This document shows positions 18,266-27,869 of a DNA stretch of 44,784 nt, in pieces. The notes under the pieces are model-generated. The model worked only from the letters and a program-made list of their open reading frames with translations, had not been told where the DNA came from and searched no databases. A program made the position numbers and the translations under genes. The stretch's first letter is position 1. The number at the start of each line of letters is the position of its first letter. Source of the stretch: Escherichia phage mutPK1A2; the sequence record NC_047889.1, one strand, 5' to 3'.

Positions 18266-18805
18266 ATGTCACAATATGTATGTGAGAAATGCGGCAATCG
18301 ATATGATAACTGCACCTGTGATTATAATAAAGGTAAAAGGATTAAATCAGGTGATTATGTTATACGACGTGCAGGCTGCCGCGACCCAGAGTGGGGCAGG
18401 GTGTGTAAACTATTAGGCAAGAAATCAGATGCAACATTCAAAGTTATAAAGGATGAGTCTGTCGGCAGCGCCATTATACTTGAAGGTATCGAAAAGCGAG
18501 AATGGTATGCACCTTTTTTCGAGAGAGTGGCAACCCCACCAGTTGTACCTGAGTCTAATAACTCAAACAATAATATGGTTACGCAACCTAAGCACTACGA
18601 GTTCTTCGATGGGGTAGAGGCAATCACTATCATTGCTCGTAGTATGACCGAGAAGCAATTTGCTGGATATTGCATGGGTAATGCTTTGAAGTATCGTCTG
18701 CGTGCAGGGAAGAAATTCAACACGGAAGAAGACCTGAAGAAAGCAGACTACTACAAAGAGCTATTCCAGAAGCATCGTCACGAATGTATTGATGAGGATA
18801 TTTAA
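18266..18805 (+). CDS. gp1.7-like nucleotide kinase
   Basis: C-terminal block PKHYEFFDGVEAITIIARSMTEKQFAGYCMGNALKYRLRAGKK...ADYYKELF matches my recollection of the T7 gp1.7 conserved domain; N-terminal Cys-rich region; RBS GGAGG. Confidence 0.65.
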   Translation: MSQYVCEKCGNRYDNCTCDYNKGKRIKSGDYVIRRAGCRDPEWGRVCKLLGKKSDATFKVIKDESVGSAIILEGIEKREWYAPFFERVATPPVVPESNNSNNNMVTQPKHYEFFDGVEAITIIARSMTEKQFAGYCMGNALKYRLRAGKKFNTEEDLKKADYYKELFQKHRHECIDEDI

Positions 18806-18806
18806 T

Positions 18807-18980
18807 ATGGAAGGTAAACTATATAGAGGGTACTTCGGTAACTTATATAGAGTAAGCCCTCTCGGTTTTGTATTGACCTCCAATGATGAAGGTGCAATGT
18901 GGTTCCTAAGTGCCTATGGTTCTGACTTAGCATACTTTAAAGAGGCAATAGTTAAAGGTGTGATGAAGGAGGTGAAATGA
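18807..18980 (+). CDS. Hypothetical protein (57 aa)
   Basis: Part of track ORF 18789..18980; ATG 18807 chosen on RBS GAGGA. Confidence 0.35.
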   Translation: MEGKLYRGYFGNLYRVSPLGFVLTSNDEGAMWFLSAYGSDLAYFKEAIVKGVMKEVK

Positions 18981-19924
18981 ATATCTTCCAATTCCTAGGT
19001 CTTCCAGAAGACCACCGCAATCACCCATTCATGCTGGTGAAACATCGCGGTGAAGTACCTGAGAAGAAATTAACTTTTCCATGTTATGCACAGGTAAAAC
19101 GAGATGGTATATTTAGTGCTGTGGTTGTTCGCAACGATGGTGTCGTTGGTGTCTTTGGACGCACTGGAAAGAAACTGGCTAACACGGAAACCTTGGAAGA
19201 ATCTTATTCAGCTTTCCCTACTGGCATTTATCTCGGTGAGTTGCAATCTATGGCTATTGATGTCTACCTTGAAGCACTTTCTGGAGTAGTTAACCCTAAC
19301 CGCACTGAGCCACTGGATTTCATAGGCCAGCAGATTAAAGACAACCTGTATATTGACTTCTTCGATATGTTAACTATTAAGGCATTCCATGATGGATTCA
19401 CTGATGTTTCTTATCTCAAACGTTACGATGCTTTACATCGTCGCATCGGCGCTCATCTTAGCGGGTACAACGCTATCCTTCCTATTACTCCTTGCCATAA
19501 TGAGCGAGAAGTTGAAGCGTTTGCGCAAGAGCAAATAGACGCAGGCCGAGAGGGTGCTGTGTTTAAACTGGACTGTGATTATGAAGCAGGCCACAAAGGT
19601 TATCGTCAGACTAAAGAAGTCCGTAAGGTAACTTATGACCTTACTTGTATTGGCTTTGAAGAAGGCAAAGGTAAGTACAAAGGTAAGGTAGCTAACCTCA
19701 TTTTCAAATGGAAAGGAGGCAAGACAATCAAAGCTATGTTAGGTAAAGGGTGGACTCATGCAGATGCAGAACAGATGTTCCACGATATTAAACATGGTGG
19801 ACGATTGAATGTCATTGGTAAAATCTTTGAAGTAAAAGGTCTTCAGGATTCAAGCAAGGGCAACATTCGTCTGCCCAAAGCGGGAGAATTAAGACATGAC
19901 AAAGATGAACCAGATTTCTTTTGA
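18977..19924 (+). CDS. ATP-dependent DNA ligase
   Basis: 315 aa; adenylation motif I KRDG in VKRDGIFSAV; strong RBS AAGGAGGTG; C-terminus DEPDFF. Confidence 0.85.
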   Translation: MNIFQFLGLPEDHRNHPFMLVKHRGEVPEKKLTFPCYAQVKRDGIFSAVVVRNDGVVGVFGRTGKKLANTETLEESYSAFPTGIYLGELQSMAIDVYLEALSGVVNPNRTEPLDFIGQQIKDNLYIDFFDMLTIKAFHDGFTDVSYLKRYDALHRRIGAHLSGYNAILPITPCHNEREVEAFAQEQIDAGREGAVFKLDCDYEAGHKGYRQTKEVRKVTYDLTCIGFEEGKGKYKGKVANLIFKWKGGKTIKAMLGKGWTHADAEQMFHDIKHGGRLNVIGKIFEVKGLQDSSKGNIRLPKAGELRHDKDEPDFF

Positions 19925-20111
19925 TAGCATGAAGGCAACTCGTGCAGTTGAGGTAGCAGAAGTTATCTTTGAAACTTTATCCTGTGGCATGGAAGTGCCA
20001 TATACCTTACTAGCTGATGCAGAAGAGCTTGGTCTTTCTGTAGAAGCTATCCAAGAGAAAGTTGAAGAACTCTATGGTACAGACGAAGAAGAAACCGACG
20101 ATTTCATTTGA
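19896..20111 (+). CDS. Hypothetical acidic protein (71 aa)
   Basis: ORF track; RBS GGGAG; overlaps the ligase end. Confidence 0.4.
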   Translation: MTKMNQISFDSMKATRAVEVAEVIFETLSCGMEVPYTLLADAEELGLSVEAIQEKVEELYGTDEEETDDFI

Positions 20112-20115
20112 GGGT

Positions 20116-20244
20116 ATGGAGATGCTTGAGATGATTCTCAAGCCTTCTTCTCCGAAGGTGACTAAGACTCACGAAGAATTAATCGTAGATGAAGTGAAGC
20201 GTTACATTATGGATTGTGTTAGAGCACAACTGGTGGTCCAATGA
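20116..20244 (+). CDS. Hypothetical small protein (start ambiguous: 20074, 20116 or 20131)
   Basis: Track ORF 20062..20244 starts at TTG; several in-frame ATGs with weak to moderate SD. Confidence 0.3.
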   Translation: MEMLEMILKPSSPKVTKTHEELIVDEVKRYIMDCVRAQLVVQ

Positions 20245-20702
20245 TACGTCCAGCTTCATTCCTAGATATTCCTGAGATTATAAACCTTGGGAATAAATAT
20301 GTGGAAGAGGAAGTCAAGGTTGTAGCCCACCACTCAGCCTCATGGAATGCAGAACAAAGCGCACATAACCTTTGTGCATCTCTTAGTAGAGAAGATTTAT
20401 TCCTATGGGTTGCTGTAGATGAAGGGCAGATTGTAGGTTTTCTGTGGGCTGGCTATCACGAGTTAGCCCCTTGGACACCTGTAAGAGTTGCATCTGACAT
20501 TCTCTTTTATATTGTACCAGAGAAGCGAGGGACACTGCTCGGTATGCGCCTCATCAAAGCCTTGAAGCAATGGGCTAACGATAGTGGGTGTTCCGAGGTT
20601 CGCCTGTCTATCGCTTCTGGTATTAATGAAGAACGTGTCGGACGTATGTATAAGCGACTTGGCTTTGAACAGTTTGGCACTGTGTATAACCTGAAGTTCT
20701 AA
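20241..20702 (+). CDS. GNAT-family N-acetyltransferase
   Basis: 153 aa; acetyl-CoA binding motif region VPEKRGTLLGMRLIKALKQWA (R/Q-x-x-G-x-G/A pattern) and overall GNAT size and layout. Confidence 0.65.
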   Translation: MIRPASFLDIPEIINLGNKYVEEEVKVVAHHSASWNAEQSAHNLCASLSREDLFLWVAVDEGQIVGFLWAGYHELAPWTPVRVASDILFYIVPEKRGTLLGMRLIKALKQWANDSGCSEVRLSIASGINEERVGRMYKRLGFEQFGTVYNLKF

Positions 20703-20711
20703 GGAGATCAC

Positions 20712-20921
20712 ATGGGTATTGTAAAGAAAGCATTTAAGGCTGTCGGTCTTGCTCAAGATGCACCGCGTATTGAAGCCAAGGTTCCTGCTCAGCAGCTTGA
20801 GCGTAAGCCTGAGACTGAAGCTGAAGATATACAGATTGGTGCAGGTGGTGATGATGCGACTGCATCTGCAAAAGGTAAGCGCGGGCTTGTTCGTCCGGTA
20901 GCTTCTAGCTTGAAGGTGTAA
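20712..20921 (+). CDS. Small charged protein (69 aa), possibly gp6.7-like virion protein
   Basis: Strong RBS TAAGGAG; directly upstream of portal as gp6.7/7.3 are in T7; basic C-terminus with KGKRGL. Confidence 0.45.
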   Translation: MGIVKKAFKAVGLAQDAPRIEAKVPAQQLERKPETEAEDIQIGAGGDDATASAKGKRGLVRPVASSLKV

Positions 20922-20922
20922 T

Positions 20923-22473
20923 ATGAAACAGAGCACAGATTTGGAGTATGGAGGTAAGCGGTCTAAGATACCTAAGCTATGGGAGAAGTTCTCCACTAAA
21001 CGTAGCTCTTTCCTTGATAGGGCGAAGCATTACTCCAAATTAACCTTGCCCTATCTGATGAATGACAAAGGTGATAACGAGACTTCGCAGAACGGATGGC
21101 AAGGTGTAGGTGCTCAGGCAACTAACCACCTAGCCAACAAGCTAGCGCAAGTGCTATTCCCTGCACAGCGCTCCTTCTTCCGTGTAGACCTAACTGCACA
21201 AGGTGAGAAGATTCTTAATCAGCGTGGCCTGAAGAAGACAAAGCTAGCTACTATCTTTGCTCAAGTGGAAACACGGGCAATGAAAGAGTTAGAGCAACGT
21301 CAATTCCGGCCTGCTGTAGTAGAAGCATTCAAGCATCTTATTGTTGCTGGTAGCTGTATGCTATACAAGCCAAGCAAAGGTGCAATCAGTGCAATCCCAA
21401 TGCATCACTATGTAGTTAATCGTGACACTAATGGCGACCTGTTAGACATTATCTTACTGCAAGAAAAATCCTTGCGTACATTTGACCCTGCTACACGTGC
21501 TGTAGTAGAGGTTGGCTTGAAAGGTAAGAAATGCAAGGAAGATGACAACATTAAGCTGTACACACATGCTAAGTATCTTGGTGAGGGTTTTTGGGAACTC
21601 AAGCAATCTGCTGATGACATCCCTGTTGGTAAGGTAAGTAAAATCAAATCAGAAAAGCTACCATTTATCCCGCTAACTTGGAAGCGAAGCTATGGTGAGG
21701 ATTGGGGTCGTCCTTTAGCAGAGGATTACTCCGGTGATTTATTCGTTATCCAATTCCTGTCTGAAGCAGTTGCCCGTGGTGCTGCACTGATGGCAGATAT
21801 TAAGTACTTGATTCGTCCAGGAGCTCAGACTGATGTTGACCACTTTGTTAACTCTGGCACTGGTGAGGTTGTCACTGGTGTAGAAGAAGACATCCATATT
21901 GTACAGTTAGGTAAGTATGCAGACCTCACACCTATTAGTGCGGTTCTAGAGGTGTACACTCGCCGTATCGGTGTCGTATTCATGATGGAGACGATGACAC
22001 GCCGTGATGCCGAACGTGTTACTGCTGTAGAAATCCAGCGAGATGCGTTAGAGATTGAGCAGAACATGGGCGGTGTATATTCCCTCTTTGCTACTACTAT
22101 GCAATCGCCAGTAGCGATGTGGGGTCTGCTGGAGGCAGGTGATTCATTCACTAGTGACCTAGTTGACCCTGTGATTATCACAGGCATTGAAGCATTAGGG
22201 CGCATGGCTGAACTGGATAAGCTGGCAAACTTCGCTCAGTACATGTCACTGCCTTTGCAATGGCCTGAGCCTGTCCTAGCTGCTGTGAAGTGGCCTGATT
22301 ACATGGATTGGGTACGTGGTCAAATCTCTGCTGAACTGCCATTCCTTAAATTGACTGAAGAGATGGAGCAAGAACAGGAAGCGCAGATGCAAGCACAGCA
22401 AGCACAGATGCTTGAAGAGGGTGTGGCTAAGGCCATTCCGGGTGTAATTCAACAAGAACTTAAGGAGGCGTAA
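20923..22473 (+). CDS. Portal (head-to-tail connector) protein
   Basis: 516 aa; position before scaffold and capsid; segment WQGVGAQATNHLANKLAQVLFP resembles T7 gp8 WQAVGARGLNNLASKLMLALFP. Confidence 0.85.
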   Translation: MKQSTDLEYGGKRSKIPKLWEKFSTKRSSFLDRAKHYSKLTLPYLMNDKGDNETSQNGWQGVGAQATNHLANKLAQVLFPAQRSFFRVDLTAQGEKILNQRGLKKTKLATIFAQVETRAMKELEQRQFRPAVVEAFKHLIVAGSCMLYKPSKGAISAIPMHHYVVNRDTNGDLLDIILLQEKSLRTFDPATRAVVEVGLKGKKCKEDDNIKLYTHAKYLGEGFWELKQSADDIPVGKVSKIKSEKLPFIPLTWKRSYGEDWGRPLAEDYSGDLFVIQFLSEAVARGAALMADIKYLIRPGAQTDVDHFVNSGTGEVVTGVEEDIHIVQLGKYADLTPISAVLEVYTRRIGVVFMMETMTRRDAERVTAVEIQRDALEIEQNMGGVYSLFATTMQSPVAMWGLLEAGDSFTSDLVDPVIITGIEALGRMAELDKLANFAQYMSLPLQWPEPVLAAVKWPDYMDWVRGQISAELPFLKLTEEMEQEQEAQMQAQQAQMLEEGVAKAIPGVIQQELKEA

Positions 22474-23393
22474 TGTCTTTCTCATTTACTGAACCGTCAA
22501 CCACTCATCCTATTGCTGAAGACAATCCGGTAGAAACCAAGGAGGTATCAACTGATGCTACTACTAATGATGTTCATGCTGATACTAGCACTAATGTACA
22601 AGATGACAATGCTAGTACACAATCTGCTGAAGACACCAGAGGAGAAACTTCTGGACAGCATTCAGAAGCGAGAGACAATGACGGAGAGAATGGTGAATCT
22701 AAGCCAGATGATACCACGACCGACACTGAGGAAGTGCAATACTTCTTCGGAGAATATGAAGTAACAGTAGATATACCACAGGATGTTACTGATAGCCTTA
22801 AAGAGAAAGGTATTGATGCTAAGCAGGTTGCCAAGGAACTCTATGCCAAAGATGGCAAGTTTGAGCTGTCTGATGCAACCAAGAAGAAACTGTATGATGC
22901 TTTTGGCAAGTTTGCGGTAGATGCTTACCTGTCAGGCCTTAAGGCTCAAAATGAAGCCTTCTTCCTAAAAGAAGCCAACGCAGCTAAAGAGTTGGAAGCA
23001 GCTAATACCCAACGCTTCTCTGATGTTTCTAAGGAGATTGGTGGTGAAGAAGGGTGGTCCCGTCTTGAGGCGTGGGCACTTGAAGCGCTGTCTGATGACG
23101 AACTAATGGCATTCAATGCGGTGATGGAATCTGGCAACCAGTACCTCCAGCAATACGCTGTGCGTGAACTGGAGAGTCGCCGTAAGGCTGCACAGGGTGA
23201 TGACAAACCAAACCTGATTGAACCCTCTGCACCTGCTGCTGCGTCTGAAGACAACGGCCCACTATCGCGTGAGCAGTACCTGCGTGAGATGATGACCCTT
23301 AGCTCTCGTTTCGGTACAGACAAGAAAGCGGCTGCTGAGTATCAGGCTAAACTGGATGCTCGCCGTCGTGCGGGGATGGCTCGCGGACTCTAA
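22473..23393 (+). CDS. Capsid assembly (scaffolding) protein
   Basis: 306 aa, very acidic and helical, between portal and major capsid; RBS AAGGAGG. Confidence 0.75.
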   Translation: MSFSFTEPSTTHPIAEDNPVETKEVSTDATTNDVHADTSTNVQDDNASTQSAEDTRGETSGQHSEARDNDGENGESKPDDTTTDTEEVQYFFGEYEVTVDIPQDVTDSLKEKGIDAKQVAKELYAKDGKFELSDATKKKLYDAFGKFAVDAYLSGLKAQNEAFFLKEANAAKELEAANTQRFSDVSKEIGGEEGWSRLEAWALEALSDDELMAFNAVMESGNQYLQQYAVRELESRRKAAQGDDKPNLIEPSAPAAASEDNGPLSREQYLREMMTLSSRFGTDKKAAAEYQAKLDARRRAGMARGL

Positions 23394-23409
23394 TCAGTAT
23401 TTACTGGAC

Positions 23410-23432
23410 ACTATAGAAGGGAGAAATGTCTC
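23410..23432 (+). promoter_or_regulatory. Phage promoter ATTTACTGGACACTATAGAAGGG (capsid promoter)
   Basis: Exact consensus, directly upstream of the major capsid gene. Confidence 0.8.
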
Positions 23433-23469
23433 CCTAAATTATCAATTTGATTTATAAGGAGGTTTATTA

Positions 23470-24675
23470 ATGTCTACGCCGAATAACCTGACCAACGTTG
23501 CAGTCTCCGCTTCCGGTGAGGTAGACAGCCTTCTCATTGAGAAATTCAATGGTAAGGTAAATGAGCAGTACCTGAAGGGTGAGAACATCATGTCATACTT
23601 TGATGTTCAGACTGTTACTGGTACTAATACTGTAAGCAACAAATACTTGGGTGAAACCGAGTTGCAGGTTCTGGCACCGGGCCAGTCTCCGGCTGCAACC
23701 TCTACTCAGGCCGATAAAAACCAACTGGTAATTGATGCCACTGTTATTGCTCGTAACACAGTTGCACACCTGCATGATGTACAGGGTGATATTGACAGCC
23801 TGAAACCTAAGCTGGCTACCAACCAAGCTAAGCAGCTTAAGAAGATGGAAGATGAAATGCTGATTCAGCAGCTGCTGCTGGGTGGTATTGCTAACACTCA
23901 GGCTAAGCGTACTAACCCTCGTGTGAAAGGTCATGGCTTCTCTGTCAACGTGGAGGTCAATGAAAGCGAAGCACTGGTTAACCCGCAGTATGTAATGGCG
24001 GCTGTAGAGTTTGCTCTGGAGCAGCAGCTTGAGCAGGAAGTAGACATCTCTGATGTAGCTATCCTGATGCCGTGGCGCTACTTCAACGTACTGCGTGATG
24101 CAGACCGTATCGTTGACAAGAGCTACACCATTAGCCAGTCCGGTGCAACCATTCATGGTTTTGTTCTGTCTTCTTACAACTGTCCTGTTATCCCGTCTAA
24201 CCGCTTCCCTAAATTCTCTCAGGGTCAGAAACATCACCTGCTGTCCAATGAAGACAACGGTTATCGTTATGACCCGACCGCAGAGATGAATGGTGCTATC
24301 GCTGTACTGTTCACATCTGACGCTCTGCTTGTGGGTCGTTCTATTGATGTAACCGGTGATATCTTCTATGAGAAGAAAGAGAAGACCTACTACATTGATA
24401 CTTTCATGTCTGAAGGTGCAATCCCTGATCGCTGGGAAGCAGTGTCTGTTGTGACAACTAAGCGTAGCACATCTACTGGGGAGGCTGAGGATACTGGTGG
24501 GGCACAGCACACTCAGGTTCTGAACCGTGCACAGCGCAAAGCTGTATACGTCAAGAATGCTGCCCCGGCAAGTGCTGCTGCCGCTGCTAGCTTGTCTGCT
24601 GAAGATTTGGTTGCTGCTGTTCGTGCAGTGATGGCTAATGACATTAAGCCGACTGCAATGAAACCTACTGAGTAA
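23470..24675 (+). CDS. Major capsid protein
   Basis: 401 aa; own strong promoter, RBS TAAGGAGG, strong terminator after it, position after scaffold. Confidence 0.85.
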   Translation: MSTPNNLTNVAVSASGEVDSLLIEKFNGKVNEQYLKGENIMSYFDVQTVTGTNTVSNKYLGETELQVLAPGQSPAATSTQADKNQLVIDATVIARNTVAHLHDVQGDIDSLKPKLATNQAKQLKKMEDEMLIQQLLLGGIANTQAKRTNPRVKGHGFSVNVEVNESEALVNPQYVMAAVEFALEQQLEQEVDISDVAILMPWRYFNVLRDADRIVDKSYTISQSGATIHGFVLSSYNCPVIPSNRFPKFSQGQKHHLLSNEDNGYRYDPTAEMNGAIAVLFTSDALLVGRSIDVTGDIFYEKKEKTYYIDTFMSEGAIPDRWEAVSVVTTKRSTSTGEAEDTGGAQHTQVLNRAQRKAVYVKNAAPASAAAAASLSAEDLVAAVRAVMANDIKPTAMKPTE

Positions 24676-24683
24676 TACCTATG

Positions 24684-24716
24684 CCCTATCTACCTTGCGT
24701 AGGTAGGGTTCTTTTT
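24684..24716 (+). terminator. Intrinsic terminator after the major capsid gene
   Basis: Imperfect 10-bp stem (CCCTATCTAC / GTAGGTAGGG) with loop CTTG followed by TTCTTTTT. Confidence 0.6.
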
Positions 24717-24729
24717 GTTAGGAGGATTC

Positions 24730-25467
24730 ATGCCTGTAATTAGACAAACCAGTAAAGTAGGACATATGATGGAAGATGTGGCCTTCCAGATTATTGATAG
24801 TAAGCTGGAAGCGGTAAACTTGTGTATGCGAGCTATTGGTCGTGAGGGTGTGGATTCTCTCGACTCAGGTGACTTGGACGCAGAAGATGCAAGCAAGATG
24901 ATCGACATCGTATCCCAGCGATTCCAGTACAACAAAGGAGGTGGCTGGTGGTTCAATCGTGAACCAAACTGGCAGATTGCACCTGATACCAATGGTGAAG
25001 TCAATCTACCTAACAACTGCCTAGCAGTATTGCAGTGTTATGCTTTGGGTGAGAAGAAAGTACCCATGACTATGCGAGCAGGTAAGCTCTACTCTACATG
25101 GAGTCATACCTTTGATATGCGTAAGCATGTGAATGCTAATGGTATGATTCGTCTTACCTTACTTACCTTACTTACATATGAGCATCTACCTACTAGTGTA
25201 ATGCAGGCTATTGCCTATCAAGCTGCTGTAGAGTTTATTGTGTCTAAGGATGCAGATCAGACTAAGCTAGCCACTGCACAGCAGATTGCCACTCAACTTC
25301 TTATGGATGTGCAATCCGAACAAATGTCACAAAAGCGACTGAATATGCTTGTGCATAATCCTACGCAGCGTCAGTTCGGTATTATGGCGGGTGGTTCTCA
25401 GAATGTACCTGCTTACTCTCATTCACCATATGATAGTTGGGCACTTCGTCCGTGGGAGGATCGTTAA
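24730..25467 (+). CDS. Tail tubular protein A (gp11-like)
   Basis: RBS AGGAGG before ATG 24730; region AIGREGVDSLDSGDLDAEDASKMIDIV...GGGWWFNREPNWQIAPD resembles T7 gp11. Confidence 0.8.
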   Translation: MPVIRQTSKVGHMMEDVAFQIIDSKLEAVNLCMRAIGREGVDSLDSGDLDAEDASKMIDIVSQRFQYNKGGGWWFNREPNWQIAPDTNGEVNLPNNCLAVLQCYALGEKKVPMTMRAGKLYSTWSHTFDMRKHVNANGMIRLTLLTLLTYEHLPTSVMQAIAYQAAVEFIVSKDADQTKLATAQQIATQLLMDVQSEQMSQKRLNMLVHNPTQRQFGIMAGGSQNVPAYSHSPYDSWALRPWEDR

Positions 25468-27869
25468 TGGAAGTACAAGGTTCGTTAGGGAGGCAAATCC
25501 AAGGGATTAGCCAGCAACCTCCAGCAGTACGTCTTGATGGTCAATGCACTACTATGGTGAACATGGTCCCTGATGTGGTGAATGGGACTCAATCCCGCAT
25601 GGGTACAACTCACATTGCTAAGCTCTTGGATGAAGGTACAGATAATATGGCAACGCACCATTATCGCAGGGGTGAGGGGGATGAAGAGTATTTCTTCACC
25701 TTAAAGAAGGGGCAAGTGCCAGAGATATTTGATAAGCATGGACGCAAGTGCAATGTCATCTCTCAAGATGCACCTATGACCTACCTTTCTGAAGTTGTTA
25801 ACCCTAGGGAAGATGTGCAATTCATGACTATAGCTGATGTTACTTTTATGCTTAACCGTAGGAAAGTGGTTAAAGTTAGTAATAGGAAGTCACCTAAAGT
25901 TGGAGATAAAGCCATTGTGTTTTGTGCATATGGTCAATACGGTACATCTTATTCTATCATAATTAATGGAACTACAGCTGCTAGTTTTAAAACACCAGAT
26001 GGGGGAAGTGCAGAACATGTTGAACAAATACGAACGGAACGTATCACTTCTGAATTGTACTCCAAGTTGCAGCAATGGAGTGGTGTGAATGACTATGAAA
26101 TACAAAGAGATGGTACGAGCATATTTATAGAGAGACGCGATGGTAAAAGTTTCACAGTAACAACTACCGATGGTGCAAAAGGTAAGGACTTAGTGGCTAT
26201 CAAGAATAAAGTTAGCTCTACTGACCTACTCCCTTCTCGTGCGCCTGCTGGTTATAAAGTGCAAGTGTGGCCTACTGGCAGCAAACCTGAGTCTCGTTAC
26301 TGGCTGCAAGCTGAGCCGAAAGAGGGAAACCTTGTGTCTTGGAAAGAAACAATAGCTGCTGATGTATTACTTGGGTTTGATAAAGGCACAATGCCTTACA
26401 TCATTGAACGTACAGGTATCATTGACGGCATAGCTCAATTCAAGATAAGACAAGGTGATTGGGAAGATCGTAAAGTAGGGGACGACTTGACTAACCCTAT
26501 GCCCTCTTTTATTGATGAGGAAGTGCCCCAGACAATAGGTGGGATGTTCATGGTACAGAACCGTCTATGCTTTACAGCAGGCGAAGCGGTTATTGCTTCT
26601 CGTACATCATACTTCTTCGATTTCTTTCGTTATACGGTTATCTCTGCACTGGCAACTGACCCATTTGATATTTTCTCAGATGCGAGTGAAGTTTATCAAT
26701 TGAAACACGCAGTAACCTTAGATGGCGCTACCGTGTTATTCTCTGATAAGTCACAATTCATTTTGCCAGGAGATAAACCGCTAGAGAAATCCAACGCCTT
26801 ACTCAAGCCTGTCACAACATTTGAAGTTAACAATAAAGTTAAACCAGTAGCCACTGGTGAGTCTGTAATGTTTGCTACTAACGATGGTGCTTACTCTGGT
26901 GTCCGAGAGTTCTATACAGACTCTTATAGTGACACTAAGAAGGCACAAGCAATCACAAGTCATGTGAATAAGCTTATCGAAGGTAACATTATCAACATGG
27001 CAGCAAGTACCAATGTCAACCGATTGCTTGTCACTACCGATAAATATCGTAACATAATTTACTGCTATGATTGGTTATGGCAAGGTACAGACCGTGTACA
27101 ATCAGCATGGCATGTATGGGAGTGGCCTATGGGTACAAAGGTGCGAGGTATGTTTTATTCTGGTGAATTACTTTATCTACTCCTTGAGCGAGGCGATGGC
27201 GTCTATCTGGAGAAGATGGACATGGGTGATGCACTAACCTGTGGTTTGAATGACCGCATCAGAATGGATAGGCAAGCAGAGTTGATCTTCAAGCATTTTA
27301 AAGCAGAAGATGAATGGATATCTGAACCACTTCCTTGGACTCCTACTAACCCAGAACTTTTGGATTGCATCTTAATAGAAGGGTGGGATTCATATATTGG
27401 AGGTTCTTTCCTGTTCAAATATAACCCTAGTGATAACACCTTGTCTACAACCTTTGACATGCATGATGATAACCACGTAAAAGCGAAGGTTATTGTTGGT
27501 CAGATTTACCCTCAAGAGTTTGAACCAACACCTGTAGTTATCAGAGATAGGCAAGACCGTGTATCCTATATTGATGTACCTGTTGTGGGATTAGTTCACC
27601 TTAATCTTGATATGTATCCTGATTTCTCCGTGGAGGTTAAGAATGTGAAGAGTGGTAAAGTACGCAGGGTGCTAGCGTCAAACCGTATAGGTGGTGCTCT
27701 CAACAATACAGTAGGCTATGTTGAACCAAGAGAAGGTGTCTTCAGATTCCCACTGAGAGCTAAGAGTACGGATGCTGTTTATCGTATTATTGTAGAATCA
27801 CCTCACACATTCCAGCTCCGCGATATTGAGTGGGAAGGGAGCTACAATCCAACCAAAAGGAGGGTCTAA
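25467..27869 (+). CDS. Tail tubular protein B (gp12-like)
   Basis: 800 aa; N-terminal GISQQPPAVRLDGQ resembles T7 gp12 GISQQPDILRYPDQ; start overlaps previous stop (TAATG). Confidence 0.85.
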   Translation: MEVQGSLGRQIQGISQQPPAVRLDGQCTTMVNMVPDVVNGTQSRMGTTHIAKLLDEGTDNMATHHYRRGEGDEEYFFTLKKGQVPEIFDKHGRKCNVISQDAPMTYLSEVVNPREDVQFMTIADVTFMLNRRKVVKVSNRKSPKVGDKAIVFCAYGQYGTSYSIIINGTTAASFKTPDGGSAEHVEQIRTERITSELYSKLQQWSGVNDYEIQRDGTSIFIERRDGKSFTVTTTDGAKGKDLVAIKNKVSSTDLLPSRAPAGYKVQVWPTGSKPESRYWLQAEPKEGNLVSWKETIAADVLLGFDKGTMPYIIERTGIIDGIAQFKIRQGDWEDRKVGDDLTNPMPSFIDEEVPQTIGGMFMVQNRLCFTAGEAVIASRTSYFFDFFRYTVISALATDPFDIFSDASEVYQLKHAVTLDGATVLFSDKSQFILPGDKPLEKSNALLKPVTTFEVNNKVKPVATGESVMFATNDGAYSGVREFYTDSYSDTKKAQAITSHVNKLIEGNIINMAASTNVNRLLVTTDKYRNIIYCYDWLWQGTDRVQSAWHVWEWPMGTKVRGMFYSGELLYLLLERGDGVYLEKMDMGDALTCGLNDRIRMDRQAELIFKHFKAEDEWISEPLPWTPTNPELLDCILIEGWDSYIGGSFLFKYNPSDNTLSTTFDMHDDNHVKAKVIVGQIYPQEFEPTPVVIRDRQDRVSYIDVPVVGLVHLNLDMYPDFSVEVKNVKSGKVRRVLASNRIGGALNNTVGYVEPREGVFRFPLRAKSTDAVYRIIVESPHTFQLRDIEWEGSYNPTKRRV

